A stretch of 64,000 nt of DNA, taken from Eledone cirrhosa. Lineage: Eukaryota. A model generated the notes under the pieces. It did no database searches. It worked only from the letters and a program-made list of their open reading frames with translations, and was not told the origin of the DNA. Below are positions 27,290 to 41,316 of the stretch, piece by piece (within the stretch, counting starts at the first letter, position 1; each line of letters begins with the position of its first letter). The stretch lies in contig OZ024754.1 in the NCBI GenBank assembly GCA_964016885.1, forward strand, positions 16,120,001-16,184,000. The letters are read 5' to 3'. The translations under genes and the position numbers were made by a program.

Positions 27290-27542
27290 AAAATCTGTCC
27301 CTAAGAACCTCATCAGGACAGAATGTATCCTAGTTTCGTATGGGACTAAGCAACATAGTACAGTACAGGTTACTCCTACCCCAGGCTATTGCTTGTAATT
27401 TTTTTCTTCAACTGAATTGACTAGAGTAATGGGAAACAAAGTCCCTTGCTCAAGAACACAACAAACACCTCAGTCTAGAGGTTGAACCCACAAACTTACA
27501 ACTGTAAAACCGACATGCTAACCACCAGGCCAAACAACTTCA
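27290..27542 (-). mobile_element. Diverged tRNA-derived CORE-like SINE
   Basis: Minus strand TGGCCTGGTGGTTAGC (A box), GGGTTCAACCTC (B box), TCTTGAGCAAGGGACTT core. Confidence 0.65.
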
Positions 27543-28411
27543 TTACTTTATATGATGACCTAAATCAAATTCCCAATCACTTGTTATAATTGCCATTCAA
27601 GAACTTTGTGAATAATTAAATAACCTTTTGTTAAACTTGTTTTCCAGGTAAGATTTGGGTCCACCACAAATCAAAGCTTTGAAATAAAAATTAGAAGGGA
27701 AGAAAGTTAAAACTTACATGCCAGATTGTTTTTGTTTTTTTGTTTATTGGATTTTATTTAAATCAAAGAATGTAGAGATAAAAAGGAATATTTTTAATAG
27801 TTGAAAAATATGCGACTTTTCACATTTAAATACAAACATTTGCACCCAGTTATTTGTACTTCATATAACTAATACAAAAGAGCAGCTTGTATATGTGGCA
27901 GTCTGTGTAATTGAGTGTATGATCTGATATGAATATTGAGTAGACATCATTGTGGCTTCATGAGGTCTATAAATGGGAAGAAATCTTTGTATAGCAGATT
28001 GGTCTGGTTAGCTAATAATATACTGGTCTGACAACTGTTTCATATATATATTCACCAATTCTTCCAGGCTCTTGCATTTGCAATGCTCAGCACTTCTATG
28101 AACTGCTGCCCATCATACTCATTACATGGCCATACTAAGGCAGTCTTCATTTGTGCCATATGTCAGCTGTTTCATCTCTATTCTTTCCCTCAATTTATTT
28201 CAACTTCTTTATTAAAAATCCAGTGTAGCATGCTCACTTCATTTTCTTTTGCCAGCTTTGCACATTCTCTATACAAAAGCGTTTCAAAAATCAAACTAAT
28301 AGTTGCCACTCTGAGACAATGAACCTACTTGGTTTATCATTGGGTATTGATCAGGCTGGATTTATTGAATTGTGTTGCTTTTGTACAATGATGTGATAAT
28401 AGACACCTATT

Positions 28412-28679
28412 AGATACATACACACACACACATCTGTACATACACACACATACATACACATATACATACATACACATATACATACACACATATATACATA
28501 CATACATACACACACCCACATATATATACATACATACACATATACACACACACACACCCACATATATATATACATACATACACATACACACATATATATA
28601 CATATATATATATACACATATATATATATATACACACACACACATATATACATACACAAATAGATATATATACATACAC
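28412..28679. repeat. (CA)/(TACA) microsatellite
   Basis: Direct sequence. Confidence 0.9.
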
Positions 28680-30391
28680 ATCATCATCTTCGTTTCAAGT
28701 CCATCTTCCATGCTAGCATGGGTTAGACAGGAGTTGTCCCACTTGAGGCAAGGTTGGTCGGGTGACCGTGTCTCGCTCATGTAAGACTATCTGGCAGGTT
28801 TTCTAAGGCTGGATGCCCTTCCTAACACCAACCATATTTACAGTGTGGAAATGGGAACTTTTTACCGTGTTGCCTACATGGCCACATTACAGCGTGGACT
28901 GTGTGTTTTTTGTTGTGACACCTACACGATCTCGATCTCATTTATTTGGACTGGATGTGGTGGTACCAACTTTACAGAGAGAGGGTGGTGTTAGTGAGAG
29001 GATAGGGTAGGGGTAGTGGATTGGGGTGTATATTTGGTTCAGAAGTGCCTACTGACTGTAGGTTTCACTTTGTACATAGGCAAGGCGGGTCTTCTGTATT
29101 ACTGCGTAGCACCAAAGATCAGTAACATTGTCTTAGAGAGGTGCAAGTTTGTAAGGTCGGAATTTATCAAATCGTCCCAGGTTTTTCTGGGTCTACCTAC
29201 TCCATAACTACCATCAATTTTGATTGCCCTGCACTTTTTTATACAGCTGTCGCCTTTAATGCGCATCTGATCCCTTTTATTCCTAACTAGCAGTTTACCC
29301 CGGTTTGCACGGGTAAGAACATTGGTAATAGCACCTCCAATGAGAAACGTTTATTTGTAACTGTACTTTCAGAACACCCTCCACCACTGCTGATTTTGTC
29401 ACCCAGGTAACGGAAAGTGTCCACTATTTCTATAGAACCATCTGGGCAATAGATATCCTGTGGACACTTGCTATTTATTGCACCTGAGCATCGGCCACAT
29501 ATAAAGTCTACGTTCTTAGATAGTTTACCTGTGATCCTACTACATCTTTTATGTATCCATAGTTTTCGTTTGGGACATTAGATGGAATTTCTGCCTACTC
29601 CTTTCCTACACACTAAGCATGGCCATTTCCCTGAGGGCACCTGTGGCCTATTTTCCTTTCTACAAACTAGAACTTTAGTCTTAGACAAGTAAATTTTAAG
29701 GCCTTTTGATTCTAGGCTATGCTTCCATGTTTGGAATTTCTTCTCTAGTTCAGCCATAGATTCAGCTATGAGAGTTAGATCATCTGCGTATAGGAGTTCC
29801 CATGGTCTTGAACTCCTCTGTTATAGCCTGAAGAGCAATAATAAATAGGAGGGGTCTAAGTACAGAGCCTTAACGAATATCAACTTTTACACTAAATTCT
29901 TCACAATATTCATTGTTAATTCTAACCTTACTGACCGTTTCTTGATACATGGCTTTTATAACTGTCACAAGCCATTCATCTACACCTAGTTTTCTAAGAG
30001 CCCACCAGATAAAGGAGCGGTGGACTCTGTCAAAGGCTTTCTCCAGGTCTACTAAAGCTAAGTAGAGGGGTTTACTTTTAGCTAGGTACTTTTCCTGTAG
30101 TTGTCGTACAAGGAAAAGAGCGTCTGCAGTACTTTTACCCGACACAAACCCAAACTGCATTTCATCTAGATCAATTCGCTCTCTGATTAGTTGCGCTATA
30201 ACTCATCCTGTGACCTTCATTACCTGGTCAACTAACTTAATGCTTCTATAGTTTCCCCTATCTAGAGCATCCCCTTTACCCTTGTAGCAGTTAATGATGC
30301 TGCTGCTACGCCAGTCTTTTGGTATGATCCCATACTGTATGACTTGGTTAACTATACGGTGACCATAGTATGTCCCACCATTCCAGATGCC
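28680..30391 (-). mobile_element. RTE family A, degenerate 5'-truncated copy with internal deletions
   Basis: RT fragments ([18 protein letters not shown]), family-A 3'UTR, tail. Confidence 0.9.
29287..29359 (-). mobile_element. Helitron-like 3' terminus inside the RTE copy
   Basis: Minus strand TTACCC-GTGCAAACCG-GGGTAA hairpin followed by ACTGCTAG|T. Confidence 0.55.
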
Positions 30392-30459
30392 TATATATAT
30401 ATATATATATATATACATATATACGTACACATGAACACATATATATACATATACATACA

Positions 30460-32010
30460 CTAAAAGTAAACCCCTATACTTAGCTTTTGTTGACTTGGAG
30501 AAAGCCTTTGACAGAGTCCCTCGCTCCATTATCTGGTGGGCTCTCAGAAAACTAGGGGTTGATGAATGGCTCGTAAGAGCTATACAAGCCATGTATAAAG
30601 AAACAACAGTCAGCAAGGTTAGAATTAACAATGAATATAGTGAAGAATTTAGCGTAAAAGTTGGTGTTCATCAGGGCTCTGTCCTTAGCCCCCTCCTATT
30701 TATTATTGCCCTTCAGGCTATAACAGAGGAGTTCAAGACCGGCTGCCCATGGCAACGTCTGTATGCAGATGATCTACTTCTCATAGCTGAATCTATGGCT
30801 GAATTAGAGAAGAAATCCCAAACATGGAAGCATGGCCTAGAATCAAAAGGCCTTAAAGTTAACTTGTCTAAGGCTAAAGTTCTAGTTTGTAGAAATAAAA
30901 AATAGGGTACAGGTACCCTCTGGCAAATAGCCATGCTCAGTGTGTAGGAAAGGAGTAGGCAGAAATTCCATATTATGTCCCAAATGCAAACTATGGGTAC
31001 ATAAAAGATGTAGTAGGATCACAGGTAAGCTATCAATAAGTAGCAAGTGCCCACAGGATACTAGCTCCTTTTATTGCCCAGATGGTTCTATAGAAATAGT
31101 AGACACCTTCCGTTACCTGGGTGACAAAATCAGCAGTGGTGGACGGTGCTCTGAAAGTACAGTAGCCAGAGTCAGAACGGGATGGAAAAAGTTCAGAGAG
31201 CTTATACCGCTGTTGGCCACTAAAAGTTTCTCTAAAAATGAAAGGCAGATTGTATGAAGCCTGCATATGAACAGCTATGTTACATGGCAGTGAGAAATGG
31301 GCATTGTGTGCAGAGGATCTGCGCAGACTGGAGAGGAACGAAGCATGCATGCTCTGCTGGATGTGTATTAGTAATATACATGAACAGCAAAGCATAAAGG
31401 AAATGAGAAATTAGGAATAAGGGGGATCAGATGCTGTTTACTTGAGAGAAGACTACGTTGGTATGGTCACGTGATGCTCATGAAAGACGACAGCTGTATA
31501 AAAAAAGTGCAGGGCGATCAAAATTGACGGAAGTTACGGAGTAGGCAGACCCAGAAAACCCTGGGACGATTTGATAAATTCCGACCTTACACACTTACAC
31601 CTCTCTAAGACAATTTCACTGGACCTAGATCTTTGGCGCTACACATTAATACAGAAAACTCGCCTTGCCTAAGTACAAAGCGAAACCTACAGTCAGTAGG
31701 CACCCCCATCCCACTACCCCACCATCAACACCACCCCTTTCTCATTAGGACAACAGTCAGTCCTAAATAAATAAGATTGTGTAGGTGTCAACAAAAAAAC
31801 ACAAATTCCACGCTGTAATGTGGCCGTGTAGGTAACACGGTAAAAACCTCCCAGTCCACACTGTAAACGTTGTTGGTGTTAGGAAGGGCATCCAGCCGTA
31901 GTAAACCTACCAGACAGTCCTATACGAGTGAGACGACCAATGTTGCCTCAAGTGGGACAATTCCCGTCTAAACCCATGCTAGCGTGGAAGATAGACGTTA
32001 AACGATGATG

Positions 32011-32011
<1 letters not shown>
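30460..32011 (+). mobile_element. RTE family A, degenerate 5'-truncated copy
   Basis: RT fragments 30495-30905 and 30940-31257; 3'UTR and (GAT)n tail. Confidence 0.9.
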
Positions 32012-32041
<30 letters not shown>

Positions 32042-32060
32042 CATACATACATACATACAT

Positions 32061-32099
<39 letters not shown>

Positions 32100-32514
32100 A
32101 AAAAAATTTATGCTCATTAGACTCCGGGGAAATGTTCTGACAAAAGCTGTGGAAGCTACAGAAATATTCCATATATTTTTCCAGAGCAATCTCTATTTAA
32201 AAAAATGTTATTTTACATTTTACGCTTACTTGTCCCCCATTGCAAAATGGCCATAAATTCAAATTTTGAAAAGAGAGGAAAAGGGACAAGTGAACTATGA
32301 ACTTGATACATCTCCACCATCCACCACCATCAGTGACACCATCACCAGCGATCAAGCTTTAAAAACAACTATAATACTAAATAACTATTCTGTTCTTGGC
32401 ACAGGGCAGCGATTGTCCCAGCGCATTGCTGGTGCCTTGTTTTGGGGCCCGGAGAGTGGAGAGCCGTTGCTCTATGCTGTAAAGTAAACAATTATTATTA
32501 TTATATAAAAACTG

Positions 32515-32697
32515 GCGGTGGATTGGCAGTATCGGTAGAGGGTCGTACGCCATGCTTTGACGCATAGAGTTACGCCCCTTGCCATTCTGAGTTCAAATCG
32601 CGCCGAGGTTAACTTTACCTTTCATCCTTACGGGGTCGATAAAATAAAGTACCAGTAATGTACTGGGTCATTGCTGGCCTTGTGCCAAAAGTAGAAA
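32515..32697 (+). mobile_element. Meta-like SINE, same family as 22811; 15-bp TSD
   Basis: Near-identical body; ATTATATAAAAACTG on both sides (32500-32514, 32698-32712). Confidence 0.85.
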
Positions 32698-32887
32698 ATT
32701 ATATAAAAACTGAACTGGGAAAGTCAACAGTTGACAAGATTTTGTATCAGTACTGACGGTAATCTATATGTATGTGTGTGTGTTTGTATGCATGAGTGTT
32801 GGCGTGTATGTTTGTATGTATGAGTGTTGGTGTGTGTGAGTGTGTGTGCCGTGAGTGTCAATAAGTGGTGTTTTTATTTTTTTTTTA

Positions 32888-33266
32888 TGGCCATGCTGTA
32901 AAATGGAGGGGTAGAGAGGGCCCATTAGTCCAGTAAGACATCCTCTCTAGTGCTGGGGCACAAATAAAACCACCCAGTCAATGCTGTAAAGTGGCGCTGG
33001 TGTTAGGAAGGGCATCCAACCAGTGTATCAATGCCAAAACGATTATAAGCACAGCAACAAGTATATAGGAACAACAAAAATATGAAGACGTTGCATCTCA
33101 GAGTTGCAACACTTAATGTTGGCACTCTCACAGGTAGATCTGGTGAAATAGTGAGATGCTAGAGAGAAGGCATGTGGATGTGTGCTGCGTGCAAGAGGTG
33201 AGATGGAGAGGGGCCTCAGAGACTAGTCGCAGGCAAACGTCTTAGCTATAAGCTTTTCTGGGTAGG
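32888..33266 (+). mobile_element. 5'UTR and endonuclease N-terminus of a degenerate RTE (not family A)
   Basis: Translates LRVATLNVGTLTGRSGEIV / MLERRHVDVCCVQEVRWRGAS / YKLFWVG across frameshifts. Confidence 0.8.
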
Positions 33267-34792
33267 TGTTGACGAATGGCTTGTGAGAGCTATACAAGCC
33301 ATGTATAAAGAAACAGTCAGTAAGGTTAGAATTAACAACGAATATAGTGAAGAGTTTAGTGTAAAAGTTGGTGTTCATCAGGGCTCTGTTCTTAGCCCCC
33401 TACTATTTATTATTGCCCTTCAGGCTATAACAGTGGAGTTCAAGACCGGCTGCCCATGGGAACTCCTATACGCAGATGATCTAACGCTCATAGCTGAATC
33501 AATGGCCGAGCTAGAGAAGAAATTCCAAACATGGAAGCACGGCCTAGAATCAAAAGGCCTTAAAATTAACCTGGCTAAGACTAAAGTTCTAGCTTGTAGG
33601 AAAGAAAATAAGGCGACGGTCCCTTCCGGGAAATGGCCATGCTCAGTGTGTAGGAAAGGCGTAGGTAGAAACTCCATTTTATGTCCCAAATGCAAAGTAA
33701 GGGTGCATAAAAGATGTAGTGGGATCACAGGTAAGCTAACTAAGAACATAGATTTTACATGTGGCCGGTGCTCTGGTGCAATAAGTAGCAGCAAGTGCCC
33801 ACAAATACGAGCTCTTTCAATTGCGCAGAGGGTTCTATAGAAATAGTGGACAGCTTCCATTACCTGGGTGACAAAATCAGTAGTGGGGGAGGGTGCTCTG
33901 AAAGTACAGTAGCTAGAGTCAGAACTGGATGGAAAAAGTTCAGAGAGCTTATACCACTATTAGCCACTAAAGGGTTCTCCCTAAAAATGAAAGGCAGGTT
34001 GTATGATGCCTGCATACGAACAGCAATGTTGCATGGCAGTGAGACCTGGGCACTGTGTGCAGAGGATATACGCAGACTAGAGAGGAACGAAGCTTGCATG
34101 CTCCGCTGGATGTGTAATAGTAACATACGTGAACGGCAAAGCATAAGCGAACTAAGGAAAAAATTAGAAATAAGAGGGATCAGATGTTTACTCGAGAGAA
34201 GGCTACGTTGGTATGGTCACGTGATGCGCATGAAAGGCGACAGTTGTATAACAAAGTGCAGGGCAATAAAGATAGACGGTAGCTACGGAGTAGGCAGACC
34301 CAGAAAAAAACTGGGACGAGCTGATAAATTCCGACCTCACACACTTACACCTCTCCAAGACAATGTCACTGGACCAAGACCTTTGGCGGTACTCAGTAAT
34401 AGAGAAGACCCGCCTTACCTAAATACAAAGTAAAACCTACTACAGTCAGTAGGCATCTCTAACAAAATACACCCCCATCCCACCCACACCGGCCCTTTCA
34501 ATGTAAAGTTATGTTGGTGCCACAACATCCAGGCCGAAACAAATGAGATCGTGTAGGTGTCACGACAAAAAAAAACACAGTCCGCGCTGTAATGTGGCCG
34601 TGTAGGCAACACGGTAAAAACCTCCCAGCCCCACACTGTAAATGTGGTTGGTGTTAGGAAGGGCATCCAGCTGTAGAAAACCCGCCAGACAGTCCTATGC
34701 GAGCAAGTCAATCACTCTTGCCTCAAGTGGAAAACCCCCGTCCAAACCCATGCAAGCGTGGAACACGGACGTTAAACGTTGATGATGATGAT
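33262..34792 (+). mobile_element. RTE family A, 5'-truncated young copy with frameshifts
   Basis: ORFs 33283-33840 and 33795-34433; full 3'UTR and (GAT)n. Confidence 0.95.
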
Positions 34793-36757
<1,965 letters not shown>

Positions 36758-36948
36758 AGGGTTAAAATACTGGAGTGTGTTAGAGTTAAACACCCTCTTC
36801 GTATTATAGAAATGACAGTAAAAGGTATAGCTCAATGCAGTTAAACAGAGCCGAAAAATTAAGAGTAAAACAAAGAAGCCTTCAATACATCAAAAGTCTT
36901 TATTAGCCGACAATGTTTCGTCCTATTAAGGACTCATCAGGGCAATTA

Positions 36949-36950
<2 letters not shown>
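36758..36950 (-). mobile_element. Probable Penelope-like pseudo-LTR remnant carrying a hammerhead ribozyme
   Basis: 190-bp non-coding island between TA arrays containing a minimal type I hammerhead; Penelope association is from general knowledge. Confidence 0.55.
36902..36950 (-). ncRNA. Minimal type I hammerhead ribozyme
   Basis: Minus strand GCC-CTGATGA-GTCCT-TAAT-AGGAC-GAAA-C-ATT-GTC^GGC: complete core, 5-bp stem II, GCC/GGC stem I. Confidence 0.8.
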
Positions 36951-36981
<31 letters not shown>

Positions 36982-37650
36982 CATACATATATATATATAC
37001 ACATACATACATATATATATATACACATACATACATATATATATATACACATACATACATATATATATATACACATACATACATATATATATATACACAT
37101 ACATACATATATATATATACACATACATACATATATATACACATACATACATATATATACACATACATACATATATATACACATACATACATATATATAC
37201 ACATACATACATATATATATACATACATACATATATATATACATACATACATATATATATACATACATACATATATATATACATACATATATATATACAT
37301 ACATACATATATATATACATACATACATATATATATACATACATACATATATACATACATACATATATATATACATACATACATACATATATACATACAT
37401 ATATATATACATACATATATATATATACATACATACATATATACATACATACATACATACATATATATATACATACATACATACATATATATATACATAC
37501 ATATATATATACATACATATATATATACATACATATATATATACATACATACATATATACATACATATATATATACATACATACATACATATATACATAC
37601 ATACACACCCACATACATATATACAACACACACACCCACATACACACCCA
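36951..37650. repeat. Compound TA/CA microsatellite
   Basis: Direct sequence. Confidence 0.97.
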
Positions 37651-40600
37651 CTCGAGACCCCATCATTTGCCGCTACTCTCTACGCTATAGAATATGTACG
37701 GATAGTGGCTGCAAATTCACCCATTTACCTAGGACAAAACGGTCTATCCCCACAAACAGACACCACCATAATACATACTCTAATTTAACACCAACACAAC
37801 CACCAATAACTCAAACAAGGAATCCACAAATCTGCCGCTTTTCCCTGCGAGACAGATTGTGTTTAGACCGGGATTGTCCTGTTTAGACCGGGATTGTCCC
37901 TTTACCCATCTCCCGGGGACCCGTCGGACAAATGAAAATAAAATTAAAAATAAAAGCAAAAACAAAAACCATAACCTACATAAAAAAAATCACCAATACC
38001 ACAGTCACCAACAGTCTTCTAAACAGGAAACTTCTTCCTCTTTTTTAGCCATAATGAATCTGGCAAAAGAACTGGAAAAAAACATTCGAGCTATCACCCA
38101 GCACCACCCTCCACTATCACCCCACTGCACAAACTCCCATTGCTGCCATTAACAACACACCAAAACAATTAAAACCATCCACTCTCGCCTCTACATTTTT
38201 GCTTAACGCCCAAGGCATCAGCCCTTCCACCAATACTCAAAAATGGAAGATCAAATTCCTGGAGGACTGGATTGATGTCCATCCAAACCACATCCCTTTC
38301 TTCGTCCTCACTGAAACCCATCTCAGTAACCTCCACTTGGAAGCCGAGGTGAAAGTGAAAAATTTCAAAGCCATACATGCTGATCGCGCTGGCAGAAGAA
38401 AGGGCGGGACTGCCATTTATGTCCATAATTCTTTCTCAACAGAGGCTATGAACATATTCACTAATGGATACTGCGAAGCAGTCACTGTATTCAGTCAAAC
38501 CAACAACCTAATAGTAGTTGGGCTCTATAGGCCACTCCAAACGCCTGTACCATGCTTCAAGGAATGCCTCAACAGCATAAAGTGTTTCATCCAAGAGTGT
38601 CACCCTGACAACATCTTAATGATGGGGGACTTCAACCTCCCCAGAGTTGACTGGTCCACAAACAGCCTGCCACCAGGTTCTTCTGCCTCAACCTCTGACA
38701 GGGAAGCAGTGGAATCGCTTCTTGACTTCATGGATGATTTCTTCCTATCCCAACTGGTGCTCGAACCAACGAGGTGCCACAAAAACGTCCTAGACTTAAT
38801 TTTCAGCAATCACACTGACAATATCCGCAATATTGCAGTGGAGAAAACTCTACTCTCTGATCATGACATGGTTCTCTGTGATCTGAGATTCCACCGTCCA
38901 ATATACAAACCCAATGTCATCTCTCCTGTCCATCCGTTTGACGCTATGGATTTCCACAATGCAAACTGGGAAGCGATCAGTCATGATCTTGCACATGTCG
39001 ACTGGTCCTTCACGCACACTCATACACCCACTAACATCAAAAAGTCCTGGCAGACATTTGTGGACACTGTTACAAACATATGTGCAAAACACACCCCATT
39101 AAGAACTATAAACAAATCTAAGAGCAGAATCCCTAGAAATAGAAAAACGCTCATCAGGAAAATTAAGAGAACGAACAAAAAAAATCAACAAGCTGAAATA
39201 CTGTCAGCAGCAACACATCAACTTGACTGCCATTTCATCACTAGAGATTAAAAAACATAACCTCCAAAACAACATGATATCTATCATCAACAATCAGAGA
39301 AGAGCTGAAGAGGCCTGGGCCATTGAGAAGATCAAACTCAATCCCAAAGTGTTCTTTTCATTTGCAAAAAAACACAAAATCACTGGCTCTACTGTTGGCC
39401 CTCTAATTGATGAAAATGGCACTCTTCAAGACAATGCTAAAACCATGGGTGAGATACTGCAGAAACAATACTGCTCTGTTTTCAGCAATCCTGATATGGC
39501 CGATCTGGGCTGTATCGGCGATGTTACTCCCCATTACACCTTATCGGACATAACGTTTGGCGCCCCTAATGCCTTAGCGGCAATAAAGGAAATCAAGCAT
39601 AATTCAGCAGTAGGTCCCGATAGGTTCCCTGCTTGTGTCTTGAAGGCGTGTCAACACCAACTTGCATCTCCTCTTGCCAATCTGTGGCGGAACTCACTGG
39701 ATGCTGGATATGTGCCAGAAAACCTTCTATCCCAGTCTGTTGTCCCAGTTTGCAAAAAAGGAAACAAATCCCTTGCCGTGAATTACTGTCCAATCTCACT
39801 CACCTCTCATATCATTAAGGTATTTGAGAGAGTGGTGAGATCGCGAATGACCCACTTCCTTGAGAGTAACAATATGCTGAACTCCAACCAGCATGGATTC
39901 CGTAATGGAAGGGATTGCCTGACGCAGCTACTGCATCACTTTGATGACATTTTGAGAGCCTTGGGATAGGGTTCCAACACTGATGTTATCTACCTTGATT
40001 TCAGCAAGGCCTTTGACAGGGTTGATCACAACATTCTACTGAGAAAGCTGTCCAATATTGGTGTCACTGGAAAGCTGCTGCAGTGGATCAAGAGCTTCCT
40101 GTCAAACAGAACCCAACATGTTGTAGTTGAAGGAGTCAAATCCAGCCCAGCCAAAGTCAGTAGAGGGGTCCCACAAGGCACTGTGTTGGGCCCACTTCTC
40201 TTCATCATCTATATTAATGACATCACTGACATCATCAAACACAGCAACATTAAAATTTTCGCTGATGATTCCAAGCTCCAAAAGGTCATCAATGGCGTGG
40301 ATGACCGGATAAGCCTTCAGTCAGACCTACTGGCTGTTACCCAATGGGCGGAAAAGAACAACATGTTACTGAACGAAGACAAATTCGAACTGATCCACTT
40401 TGGAAAAGAGGATGCTCTGAAACTCCCGTACTCCCTTCCCTCCAGTGAAACTCTCGTGGCATCTAACAACATCAGAGACTTGGGAGTAACCGTGGACAGC
40501 AACATAAGCTGGGCCACGCATATAAGCAGCAAAGTTGACATGGCCCGCAGAATGTGTTCCTGGATCCTCAGAACCTTCCAGTCGAGAGATTCCCACACCA

Positions 40601-41237
40601 TTATCCTTCTCTTCTCTACTTTGGCCCGACCACACCTTGAATACTGTTGTCCACTGTGGTCTCCCCACACGAAACAAAGTATCATGAAACTTGAAGCTCC
40701 TCAAAGGGCAATCACGAAAAAGATAGATGGCATGTCAGACCTTGACTACTGGGGTCGACTAGAAAAGCTGAAACTTTACTCACTCCAACGTCGCCGTGAG
40801 CGTTATATTATTTGCATGATGTGGAAAATGTTCCATCATCACAGCCCAAATGATGTTGGCATCGCCTTCAAAATACACCCAAGGCTTGGGCCCCGTGCTA
40901 TCCGTCCCAAACAAAAATCTAAATCGCAACTCATAACAACAATACGGCACAATTATTTCACCTCAATTGGCCCTGCCCTCTTCAACATCACACCAGGACA
41001 CGTCAAAACAGAAACTGACCACACAAAATTCAAGAAGTCTTTGGACGAATTCCTCCAAGTAATCCCGGACAAACCACCCACACCCGGATATGTCTCCGCA
41101 AACAGTAATTCTCTTCTCGAATGGGCCATGGAGCCCAAATCCTGAATTGAAAGACTTCGCCAGGTGGTGCTATTAAGTTAGACATGGCCTGGGCCAATAC
41201 TGGCCAAAACATTTCAAAGTTATTCAAAGTCAAAGTT
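37651..41237 (+). mobile_element. CR1-group LINE, disrupted (ORF1 remnant with CCCH fingers; APE-RT ORF2)
   Basis: LNAQG, LTETHL, MGDFN, LDLIF, SDH (APE); QHGFR, YLDFSKAFD, GVPQG, FADD, RPHLEY, SLQRRR (RT); frameshift near 39180, TAG at 39967-39969; (CAAAGT)-like tail. Confidence 0.88.
38199..41145 (+). pseudogene. Disrupted ORF2 (endonuclease-reverse transcriptase) of the CR1-group element
   Basis: ORF pieces 38199-39251, 39223-39969 and 40183-41145; the last two share a frame. Confidence 0.85.
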
Positions 41238-41285
41238 ACACATATATATACACATACACACATATATATATATACACATACATAC

Positions 41286-41316
<31 letters not shown>

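Noticed and set aside
27290-27350. Minus-strand GAAA...CTGATGA resembling a type II hammerhead
   Set aside because: Stems II and III and the UH site do not pair properly; it lies in a diverged SINE tail
32266-32500. GC-richer segment ending in (ATT)n with a 73-aa ORF
   Set aside because: Could be the 3' end of another retroelement, but no motif was recognised with confidence
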